This document shows positions 22,116-34,100 of a stretch of 64,000 nucleotides of DNA, one piece after another (positions within the stretch are counted from its first letter, which is position 1; every line of letters begins with the position of its first letter). Location: assembly GCA_965649825.1 (NCBI GenBank), contig OZ287703.1, forward strand, positions 1,111,722 through 1,175,721, written 5' to 3'. The position numbers were made by a program, and so were the translations under genes. Below the pieces are notes generated by a model. It saw only the letters and a program-made list of their open reading frames with translations. It made no database searches and was not told the origin of the DNA. This stretch comes from Penicillus capitatus. Taxonomy: Eukaryota > Plantae > Chlorophyta.

Positions 22116-25100
22116 ATGCAGCCTCGTGGCACACAAGACTTGGCAAACGCCAATAACAGTGACGGGTACTGTCTACGCCATATCTCGGACACGCCACACA
22201 CACAAGCAAGCCCTGACGGACATCCCTCTGACCGAAAACTGGCCCTGCAGGAAACGGACTTGAGCCTTAAGAACCTATCGGCAGCTCTGCTCGATGCGAC
22301 CTTAGGAGCCTTACCTCTATCCCCAGAACGCATTTCTAACGTTCACGGGCCGTCATTGGAGGTTACCAAAATCGATACCCATACCGCCGATATAAAGGTG
22401 ATTCATGGTTTCCGAGCGCATTTTCGTGGATCCATGAAGAAGAGACAAACGGAAGAGACATTTGAGAACTGTTTAATTCAAGCGCCAGGGGAACAGTTGA
22501 AAAAGAGGGTGTTGAGTCGCGGGAGTCTCAGCTTTTCGGATTTGACCGAACTCGATAAGACAGCACCCCGTTGCATCTTGCATGCTTCAGCCCACAGATG
22601 CCAATGGGAGATACACCCAAACGAAATCAAACTCGGTCGCCGCATCGCAGTGGGGGGATTTGCCGAGGTCTTCATTGCAGAATATCAGGTTGGGTTCTCG
22701 CAGAGATTCCAGACACAGGCATCGATCCACGGCATGGACTGTAGGGTACCATGGTGGCTGTAAAGCGCATGTTTGATCACGACGCCACAGCAATCGAACA
22801 GTTTAAACAGGAAATCACGATTCTTGCCAAGCTGCGTCATCCCAATTTGATTCTTTTTATGGGATACTGTCTTACACCTGAGCTCTCCATTGTGTCAGAG
22901 TTTATGCAAAAAGGGTGTCTCTATAATGTGCTTAGAACGCAGGATGGTGTGCCGTTAGCCGATATACACATCGAAGTCATTGCCGTGTCTGTGGCTAGAG
23001 GAATGGCATATCTGCATTCCAGAGACCCACCGATTCTGCATCTCGACTTGAAGTCTCCCAACATTCTGATCGACAGTTGCTGGCGCGTGAAGATCACAGA
23101 TTTCGGTTTGAGTCGACTAAGATACCGAACCCTCATCTCTGGTAACATGGGTGCGCACGGAACACCGCACTGGATGTCGCCGGAGACGATCCGTGGAGAT
23201 CAGATCGATGAGAAGAGTGATGTTTACAGTTTTGGCGTGATTCTATGGGAGCTCTTGACAGGAAAAGTTCCTTGGGGAAACATGAATCCTATTCAAGTCA
23301 TTGCCGCAGTGGGATTCAAGAAACGCTGTTTGCCGCGACCAGACCACGCAGATGCCGTCCTGGTCGCACTCATGGAACGTTGCTGTGCACACGACCCCGT
23401 CGAGAGACCTTCATTTTCAGAGATTTTGCAGATGCTGGATCGGCATTACGCTGAAGCACCGAAGCACAAGATGGCGAAGTTGGCCCTGGGCAAAGGAAAC
23501 ACATCCGAGTCCGTTGAGCCACCCTCACCCGCCGTCGGAACTGTCGTCGAAATCTCATCACCAACAGACCTGAGTTCACCGGGTTACCAAGCACAACGGC
23601 CATCGGATTCGGAAATTGGGGATCCTTTCAAAGAGGGACAGCGACTGAATACCCGTAATATCGATCGCCTACAGGCGTTTGAACACGATCTCCTTTCCCA
23701 ACAGAGCGATGCGACGCCGGGTACCATGGCCTCACCGTTTGCTCAGTTAGCCAGTACACCAATGGATAAAACGACCTCATCTGATGATGAATCTGTGCTG
23801 GACACACGTTCATGCGATGCTGCACTGGAGAGGCCGTCAAATGACGATGCATCTGGACCCACACCTCCAGCGAATTTTTCACCTTTCGCTGCCTACTCTG
23901 CCATGCCGTTTGTAGATTCTGGACAGCTTCCAGTTTCGGCGAATGCACCTGAAGGCGACTACGAGACACAAGAAGGTGCCACGACCACGGCACCTGCCAC
24001 GACAGAACTGCGAGGCGACGTTTCTGCCTTTGCGCACAAAAGTCTCAAGAGTCAGGTGTCGACTGTCTATGATGAGATCCTTCAAAGCCATGCATCGTCT
24101 CAGCAAGGGTAACCTCCTCTTCTGATGTCCTCCTCTCACTCTTTCATACAGATCCAGTCGACTCTCGCATGACGATCAAGGCACAACATTTTTTCACTTC
24201 GATGCTAAAGAAGAAGGAGGGGGATGGAAAATTAAAGTCGCTGATGTGGAGGAAGAGATGCCACCGTCGCAGCACGGTCCTCGGCGCGGCGAGAGTTCCT
24301 GTTCGATCCGTCCCACGTCTCTCATCGACGATGCGGGACCAAGTGCGCGACCTCCATCTTCGATGGGCACGGAGAGAAGTCACGAATCTCTCGATTTCGA
24401 CGGAGATCCAGAGGATCCAGTGCCGCCGACCGAAGACGCAGATCGTGCCACCGTTGGGACATTCATGATCCCTCCCATGCGTTTTCACTATACGCACCGT
24501 ATGGAATACTCAACCTCTCCGAGGAATTCTTAACTGCGCGAAGTGACATCTCTCAATCGATGTTGTTGCGTGTGTAAATCGGACCCCTTTAATATGTTCT
24601 ACGAGGATGAATTCGAAAGTGCGTGGCCCCTATGGCAAGAGGGCATGAATGAGAGGCGCCTCGTCTCGATTGACGTCGCCGTTTGCATCGACCGTCTATG
24701 GACGGCGCTTTTCCAAACGGGCTCAGACTTTCAGGTCAGACCATTCAGACAGCCAAGGCTCGGCAGTCTCGACAATGGGATTGCTGTACAGAAACGAGCA
24801 AACGAGACGCGTCGCTATCGTCAAGTGGAAGAAACGAACTGGACGCTGCATTTCTCAGATTTGCCAACGTCATCACAGTTTCAATGGACACATGCACCCC
24901 TGCCTCTGGTGGAAAAGACTCCTTCTGTTGGCATGATGCGCAAAGTGTGACCCAAAGCATGAGAGACACCACAGCCGCCATTCTGTACCCAGGTGCTTTT
25001 CACCTGTCCAGGCAATTCCATGCATCCAGCGTCCTTCCGCACGGAGCAAGTGGAGCGATGTATGGAGTACATCCCTGGACGTCGCTTTGTTGTGGATGTC

Positions 25101-26006
25101 TGTGTTCTCTCTTCTCCTATCTACTGTGATCGATTCCGTCCCATTGTTCGGTAAAGAAAGCGTGATCGCCATCGTCATCCATCATGCATGGATGTGAGAG
25201 ATCAGGTTCACGGCAGAGAGGCGTGCATCCAAACATGTCCATCTGACAGTGGATTCCCAGCTCGTCTTTGTGGCCAAAGTCAATTTCGTTCTCAAACGTT
25301 TCATCGAATCCAGCGCACGGAGTATGTGCGATCGCAGTGTCCTGTTCAGTGAGTGGCATGTCGTTGTGATCACTAGGTGGAATGGATGACAGTTTCAAGA
25401 AATGGCTCGAGGCGCTCGAGCAGACCTTTCCATCAGCATTACCTAATAATTCTTCCAAAACACAAAGACACATCCACAGACGATCCCAAGACCGGAAGGA
25501 TATCAAGTGAGCATCCTGTACGGAAGGGAGTGCGTGATCGATGCAGGTGTGATGAAAGGTCACATCGTTTGATGGACGTGCCTACCGAGATCGAAGAAGA
25601 AGAGGATGACGAGTCCGTGCGGCGGCGGCGGCGATCCGAAACCGACTCCCTTGCCCTCGCTGTACTCATTCTCTCTCTGTCACTATCCCTTCTGCGCTTT
25701 GTCTGCCTTCTGCTATCGCTCCCTCAGAGGTACGACCTCAATGCCGTCACATCATCTCGCAATGCTCTCGACAGGATGGTCACTGTGGCGCATGGATGGA
25801 TGGCACGCATTCCTTGGAGTCTTGCTCTACAAGGATGTTGCGTCGTGCTCGTGACGGGGATAATATATTCAAGACTCTCTCCTCTCCTAACCCTCTTTGG
25901 CGAAGCCCACTGTCCTTCCAGTGGTTTCGTTTTGTGTTTTGCAATCTCTTTCTTAACGACTAGCTTCATGCGACACGTTCTAGGTTCCACGAATCCGAAT
26001 GTGTGA
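22116..26006 (+). CDS. Raf-like (CTR1/EDR1-type, TKL) protein kinase fused to a C-terminal VASt lipid-transfer domain and TM helices
   Basis: Kinase: IAVGGFAEV, VAVK, HLDLKSPN, DFG, GTPHWMSPE, DVYSFGVILWEL..PWG.MNP.QV; phase-2 intron 24110-24152 keeps frame into VASt-like exons (LWTALF, FVVDVCV..SPIYCDRF, VDSQLVFVAKVNF.LKRFIESSARSG...FKKW); hydrophobic C-terminus. Confidence 0.8.
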
Positions 26007-26365
26007 TATTTGATTGATCCCCTGTATTTTCAAATTGGATTGGTCAGGGAAGCAGGCGCGAAGGGACCATGTGTGACCTGTCTTGTCAACAATGTCAAGT
26101 TGATGGATGATCTTCTGCCGTCGTGGAGTGGTCAGGCATTCGTCGAAGGGTACTGCTGTCACATCAGTGTATCAGCGGAAGGCTGCCGTCATTGTCACTT
26201 CAGGGCACTGACAGTTTTCGTTTGAAGTCACGCGTTCAGCGACCATTCGTTCGCAGCGACTCCCTCGTAGCTACACGTCGTGTTTACGACGGTATTTCAC
26301 GTCGTGCTGTCAAACGTGTCGTTGTCGTCGTCTCTGTTCCGAACGAACGCACCGAGACCGACTCC

Positions 26366-29300
26366 ATGCAACCACCCACCCCTCAGCGCGACGTAAAAAC
26401 CCCCAGCCCGACCCCCGCTGAATCAAACCCTTCCATCTCTCCTCAGCAGGTGGCCGTCGGAATTAGTCCCTCGTTCACTTCGCCACATGCAATGGGACTC
26501 TCACATCAAGTTGAAGAATATTGGACGACTCTTATCAAGGCAAGACATTAGAGGTGAGAGATTACGGTTTGAGAGACAGAGGTGTGTGGCAGGGAGCGAA
26601 TTTGATCAAGTGTGGTCGTAGAGGACAACCGCACATTCATTTCTTCCGTCTTTCTGACAGTCAAGACTCGCTCACATGGGAATCAAAAGTCTGAGAAGAG
26701 GGATGATGGACAATGCATGAGTTGTGTTATTAGGGCCGCTTGCGACGTGTTCCCCTGATTCAAGTGCGCAAGATCCTGCAAGGACAACAGACACAGGTCT
26801 TTCTAAGAAACAGAGGTAACCCGACAGCCAGAGGGTTAGAAAAACAGTCCATGTCTCTTATCTACGGACACAGGCAACCAACGTCTCACTCTTTTCATAA
26901 CTCCACACACCCTCACTCCTCTTAGGCAAGAAGATCGGACTCTGGATGTCATGTGCCAATCTGAAGAAGAATTTCATCTCTGGTATCATGCTTTAAAGTA
27001 TGTTACAGGTATGGCCATTGTGTGAGGTAAGAGTGAGATGGCGAGTGTCTTTCTGTTGGCTGTTTAGATCAAATCCGTTCACAACCGTATGCTCATGTAC
27101 GACATTCTCGTTTTTCCCCTCAGCACCAGTCTCCTCCTTCTTTACACGGTGGAGGTATGAGTCAAGGATTTGCGAACCAGAATCTGGGATTTCCAGCTAC
27201 GGGTAACGTTCCTGGAGATTGTTATATATGGGGAGCACCGCCATCCCCGCAGCAGCCGGGAGTGGAACTTCTTAAGGTCACATCTCCACACTTAGTCCCT
27301 TCCAGTCAGAAGCTCGATTTGATTTACGTCTCTTGTGGACCCAGTCACTTCACAGCAGTCACTCGAAATGGGAATCTCTATACCTGGGGCTCAGGAGAGC
27401 ATGGAAAGCTTGGCTTGGGATCGCCTCAGCACGTACCCATTCCGACGACTGTCCCAAAGCTCCGTGGCGTCACTGCCGTGTCGTGTGGAGATTCAAGTTC
27501 GGCCGCCATCACATCGGATGGAGATCTGTACACGTGGGGTTCGGGATTGAGTGGTCAGCTCGGCCATAACAATACCATTCCCCAGTATTTACCCAAGAGA
27601 GTGACCCATGGGTTCGGAGATATCAAGATTCGACACGTCTCTTGCGGTCCTTTTCACTCGGCCGCGATTTCAGAAGGCGGAGGTGTTTTTACATGGGGAG
27701 ATGGATTTGGTGGGAAACTTGGACATGGAAACGAGACAGCACTGCTCATACCGAAACGTATTGAAGGGCTTCAGGACGTGCATCATGTATCCTGTGGTTG
27801 GTGGCACACTGCCGCAGCCGTGCGCGTCCCATGCGAAGGAGAATTTGACGCATATCGCATGGCGCTTTTTACATGGGGTGGACACTGTACATGGGAAGGT
27901 GACAGTAACAAGGGATGTCTGGGAAATGGGGCCAAGACAGGTGAATGGAGTCCGATCGAAGTCGGAGGAGACCTGGCTGTCAAGCATGTCAAGACCGTTG
28001 CCTGCGGACTCAACTTGACAGTCGTGGTGACCAAGGCTGGTGCTGTTTATCAAATGGGCTCAACAGGCGCCGAAGATGCGTCTGTGCCATGGGAAGGAGC
28101 CAAGACGCCGACACGAGTAGAAGGCCCACTCAAACGCATATATGCAGAACAGGTTACTCTTTTGCACTGCCGCCAGATCTCACTCTTTTTCAGGTGGCGT
28201 GTGGAAAACAGCATGTGGTCGTGGTCGGCACAACAATGACCACGAGGTCCTCATCCTCCGAGAAGAAGCATCACGTAAGCGAAGCATCGTGCCGTTCGGT
28301 TTGCAGAAGACACGCTTTTGGGATTTAGGTCTTTTCCTGGGGGGTTGGTAAACGCGGCCAGTTAGGTTTGGGTTCCCACAAGGATCACACAACGCCCCAA
28401 TTTATCGACGATCTCGGTCTGCGAAAAGTGACCAATGTAGAGGAGCACACATGTCTGTCACTATCTAAACTTGACGAGGGAGATGCTGGCCTTAGGTGTG
28501 TTGTGGAGGTGATTATACATTGATTGTCTGTGCTCATGACCACAAAGCTGTTGTGGCTCAAACAACGGAGATGCTTGTCACCCAGACGCCAGATTACAGT
28601 CCAACAGGCTCAGCACTGCCGCGTCGATTGACATATCAGAACAGTGCGAGTGCCACCGTAGTGTCTGTTAATCAGCTGAGAATTGCAAAAAGAGCGAATC
28701 TGAATCACCGCGATGGTGTTGGATCGTTGGACCACATCTCATTGGCCTCATCGACCTCATCCATTCGCAAAATGAAGTCAGATGTGTTGCTCGGTGCAGG
28801 ACGACTGGATCGGAGTCGTACTGGATCGACACCTATGAGCGATGCCCCTTCTGAACAGCGTACCCCTCATGCCGTCGAGGAGAAAAGGAGTGGAACGGGC
28901 ACGACGCCTGTCGTTCGACCCGGAACGCCCACCTCACTTGCGGAATCGCATGACGGCAGTCGTCATGCATCTGTACCGGAATTTACGGCAGCTGAAAGTT
29001 CAACAACGACAACGACAACGGCACGCCCAAAATTTGATGCCATCCATCCAGGCGAGGCAGAATCGGTGGTGTCGGATCCCGGGGATCGTGGGGACGAAAG
29101 CTCTTCGGATGATGATGCCTCGATTGCCAACACCGACGGTCAATTTCCTAACGATGCGTATTCTGAAGAAGACAGCTCTGCGCATCGCAGTGCGCCGTCC
29201 TTCAGCGAAAAAGGCGGAGATAATGAATACGGCGTATCGAAGCAGCTGCCCGAGTCTTTTAAATTGCCCATCATGCCGTTTCCTCCTTCGACAGATGTGG

Positions 29301-30462
29301 CACCGGTGACGTCTGCACGCAATCTCTCACGCAATTTGGCGACGGCAGCTCGGATTCGCACTCGACAACGAGGCCTCGAACGCCGTCTTGGCATCACAGA
29401 TACGTGGGCATCCGATCGGCTCATCTCGAAGCAGATCAGCACTCCCACAGATGTTGATCTGATGAGCACTGGATGGAATCCGACACATTCAGTGATTCAA
29501 GAAGAAAGCTGCCAAACAGCCAGAGATCTACGATCGCAATCGACGGCCGAAACCAGAGACGCTCATCAACGTCATCGACGGACAACTTCAGAACAGAATC
29601 TCTACCTAAATTCGCTCAAGGAGTCATTGAAGAACGTGGGTGATGCAAAGAAGACAAAAGTGCTAAACTATGGCAAGCTTTTGGAGAGTGTCGAAGAGCG
29701 ATTAATTGTCCTTGCTGCGAAACAGAAGGAAGAAATACGAGATGTAGATCCCGAGTTGATGTCTGTACTAAAACTTCTGGACGCTGATGATTACCAGAAG
29801 CAGATAGGAGCATTCTTCGAAGCTGAGACAGTAGAGAAGACCATACAGCTTGTTCACAAACTCACGTCTGTTCTCAACGCAGCTACTGTTCCGAACGACG
29901 CCGTCACGACCAACGTTCTCTCTCATCTTCATCTGCCTTGACTCCTGTCATGCATTTCTGATGCATAGGCGGATCCGTTGCAGAGTTCTGTATCGAATCA
30001 CGAGATCACCTTGTGTCAGCTGAAAGACATTGTGAAAGAACTGAGGCAGACGCTTGGCTTAACGGCAGAAAATGGGACGGCTTTTCATGGACCGCCGCCA
30101 CCGCCGCCAAAATCCGAAAAAGACCTTCCAGGTGGAGTGGCGGCCAATAGTCCTCCGATTTCAGCCACCTCACGTCTGTCTCTCTCTCCAGGGAGGATGC
30201 GTTTTAACTGACTCTGTGTGGCACAGAGGATGGCGTCACGAATTCTGTTCATCTGTGGATGGAGAAAGTGGATCCAGGAGTCTCCATCGTCTTTCAGAGC
30301 ACCGGAGGAATGACGAAGATCAAGAAGATCCGATTTGCAAAGCGCATGTTTGCGTGGGATGGAGCTCAGAAGTGGTGGGACGAAAATCAGGAACGCCTGA
30401 TTCGAGACTACCAATTGGAACCCGGATACGATCCACTCAACAACTCGGCATCCGAAAGCTGA
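26366..30462 (+). CDS. PH-RCC1-repeat-coiled-coil-BRX protein (RLD/PRAF-like, no FYVE seen), multi-exon
   Basis: PH: GANLIKCGRRGQPHIHFFRLS..DSLTWES; about 7 RCC1 repeats (LYTWGSG..G.LG, VSCG); final exon EKVDPGVSIVF...IKKIRFAKRMF...AQKWWDENQERL matches the BRX domain. Confidence 0.85.
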
Positions 30463-31110
30463 TTGATTGCGATGACATATGGCTGGTCGAATAACAACAC
30501 ATCCGTCAAGATCTTAAATGCTTTCATTGAGACGCTATACATTTGCAGGACACTCATTCTGGACAACACCTTAAACATCGTTCTGTCGGCTTCCTGCTCA
30601 TTTGCCTGCCTGCCTGCCTGTCCGTCCGAGTATTGTTGTTTTCTCTTATTGTCATCGCCAAAGGGCGTATGTATGTGCCTGCTTTTGTGTTGTTGTGGGG
30701 AATAAAGTCTAGTGTCTGCCTTTGGCGAGAAGTTCTGCAGGTATCCTGGACGAGAGGCGTGTGCTTAAACGCTGTCTTGGTCGACCTTGCAAAATTAACT
30801 TCGACGACATGAACACCATCGAGTTGTGAACATACGCACGTTCGTTCGTTCGAATGACGCGACAGCGCCGCTTATCATCTAACCGTCGAGAATACATCAT
30901 GATTTAAGGCGGGCAACTCTACCACGTCTGTTTTACACCCTACACACTCCGTTTACCGCCTGACTTCATTCGATTGCTGTAGCACTCTACAGTCATATAT
31001 TTTCTGCACGACCGTCTTTGCTTTTACGACCAGACCCATCCGTGTTGCCAATACGAACGTACCTACATCCATTAGATTTTACATATAAGTGGCAGTGAAC
31101 GCCTTTTATC

Positions 31111-34100
31111 ATGTCTCGAAATTTATCTCGCCCGCCGAGTTCTGCTTCTTTTCGAAAATCAGCTGAACACAGCGATTTCAATAAGTCTTTTAACAACTCA
31201 GGCAGTTGGTGTTCTGAAGTTGGTCGTCCCCAAACACCGTTGTCAGCCAGAGCACGAATGGGAAGCGATTCCGCACGAGCCACGCCGGTTCCTCGGCCGC
31301 ATTCGGCCATGGGCTCTGCCAGAGGAGGCGACAGCGGAGGAGGAGGCGTCAAAGTGAGCACCGTCCCGACTCTTTCAAAACCCCCATGTCTCGCCGTTGC
31401 TGTTGAGCCATGTCCATGCGGCGACACGTGTGAATCTTACCGCCGAGGCATCACCGACGCACGCGCTGCGGCGCATCTCAGTCGTGATGCCTCGCTCGCA
31501 CACAGCATGGCATGGTGCACAAAACCGCACCCGACTCGAACGCCGTCATTTTTGAGCTACCCACCGACTTCGTTCGACCCTCGCTCGCTCGCCCCCTTAA
31601 CGTTCATTATCCGCACGTTCTCTGTTTCTGACGTGGTGTGGTCTGTGTTCAGGTCGTTGTACGTACACGTCCAGCGAATCAATTCGAATTGAAAGAAGGT
31701 GCGTTTTCGTTGCTGCCGAATCGGTTCGGATGTCGAACCGCTGTATGGGCGCATTGTAGACGGCAACAAAGTGTGCTTCACTGTTGCGACCGAGGAGACA
31801 TGTATGCTACAAGTGGTCGGCAAGAACGATCCCTATACGTTCACGTTCGATAATGTCTTCGGGCAACATTCGCGACAGATCGAGGTTTTCGAGGCGGCGG
31901 GAATTCCGACAGTGGATAATGTATTATCTGGCTATAACTCAACTATCTTTGCCTATGGCCAAACCGGAGCTGGAAAGACGCACACGATGGTCGGTGTCAT
32001 CAAATCTGAAGAATTGCGGGGATTGACGCCGCGTGTATTCGAGTATCTCTTCAAAAAAATCAAGGAAGAGCAGGCAACGCAAACGCCTCCCCCGGAGTAC
32101 AAGGTTATTTGCAGCAATCTTGAGATCTACAACGAGACGATTACGGATCTGCTGACCCCTGGTTCCACGAACCTGCAGTTGAGAAACGACACGAAGCTTG
32201 GATCCGGCACTTACGTTGATGGCCTTAAGGAAGTCGAAGTGAAGAGCGGTAGGACTCCATACATTTCGCCGTGCTTTGTGTGATATGCTGCGTGTGGTTT
32301 AGCCGATCAAGCCCTGGATTTGATGGAAATTGGTACCAATTCCAGAACTGTCTCGGCCACCAATGCCAATCTTACATCCTCTCGATCGCATTGTGTCTTT
32401 ACTTGCGTGATCACACGAAAACAGAAACAAGCCGACGGAGGCGAAAGCAACAAAATCTCCCGTCTCAATCTAGTCGACTTAGCTGGTATGGAAAGGGAGC
32501 TCGCTCTTGAGGATAGGGCTCAGTTTGTGTGTGATCGCTCTTAGGTAGCGAACGTGCAAAGGTCTCGGATGGAAAAGATGCCCAAACGCTCAAGGAGGGA
32601 TGCAATATCAACAAATCCCTGACCTGCCTAGGTCGTGTTATCAAGGAACTGGTGGAGGCTCAACGCAAAGGAGGCAAAGTCCACGTGCCTTACAGAGATT
32701 CAAAGTTGACGGCTCTTCTTCAAGTGAGCATCGACGCGCATCTTGCACGCGATCGAGATGGATGTGCCTGTGGGTCAGGAATCGCTCGGTGGAAACGCAC
32801 GGACCACGATTATTGCAGGAGTATCGCCGATGTTCAGTGCCTCGACAGAATCGCTATCGACGCTTCAATTCGTCCAACGCGCCAAGCACATAAAGAACAG
32901 AGCAAAGGCGAATGAGGCGATCAAGATGGATCCACAGGCATTGCATCTCGAAGTACTGAAGCTGAGATCTCAGATCGAGAAGATGAAGAAGGAAGGTTTC
33001 TCAACGGCAGGCATCGAAACGAGTCCCGCAGCTCCCGTTGCCGCAGAACCCGATCCGGAAGTTCTTGAGAAGCTGGAAGCAAAGGAACAGCGTTGCAGTG
33101 AGCTCGAGTGCCAATTGATGAACGCCAGAATGGAATCTGAGAACTCGCAGATAGAGAACAGGAAACTCGAAAACGAGATTTCTGTTCTCAGAAATCTGAA
33201 GACCGAACTTCAAAACAACATCGACGATATGATGGGACAGTTCACTGGTTGGCAGCAAAAGATCACGGAAGCAGAAGAAATCCAAAAGAAGGCACGCGCC
33301 CACATTTCTTAGCATGGCGCGGCCGAGGGCGTTGGCTTTAGGTGTACGAGGCAGAATGTCAAGTGCTCAAAGAAGACATCCAGATGCACCAGAAGCGCAT
33401 TGAGAACCAAGAGATCGAGAAGAAAGAACGAGATGTCAAGATTGACGAACTCAAAGACACCTTATCGAAGGTCATGTTGGACCTCAGCGAGATGAAGAGT
33501 TCCAACGACGACTTGGCGTCCAAACTCAATGTAGCGAATGACGATATCGATCAGAAAAAACTTCAGATCGATCAACTCAACAAGGTACTGAACAGTGGCA
33601 GCGCTGCTGTGTACAGGGCGATGATGCGTCGCTCTGGGATGTCTGGGCAGAGGGTTGTTGAGTTAGCTGTGGTCTTTAGGACTACCATTCCGTCTCCGCG
33701 TCTTTGAAACTTTCTGATGCTTCTCGAGAGAAACTTGAACAGGAGCTTTCTGCTGCGAACACGTTGATCAAAACCAAAGAGGCCGAACTCGACTCTCTTC
33801 AATCCCAATTGGACCGCGAGCGTTCCAATCTCTCCGATGTCCAGGCAGACAACACTGAGCTCAAGCAGAAGATCGACGATCTTGAAAACGCCAAAGCAGA
33901 ACTGAAGAGGAAGATCTCTGAGACCGAGAAGATGGTAAAGGATCTCGAAGTGCAGAAACGCGAACTGGATTCTGAAATTGAGGTGAGGACATGTCTTGAT
34001 ATCATTTCTAGAACATCTTTGACCTTCGCGATCATGAGCATTGATTTCTTTTCTTTCTTTTCTTCAGTGCCTGCAACAGCATTGCGCTACTTTGGAAAGA

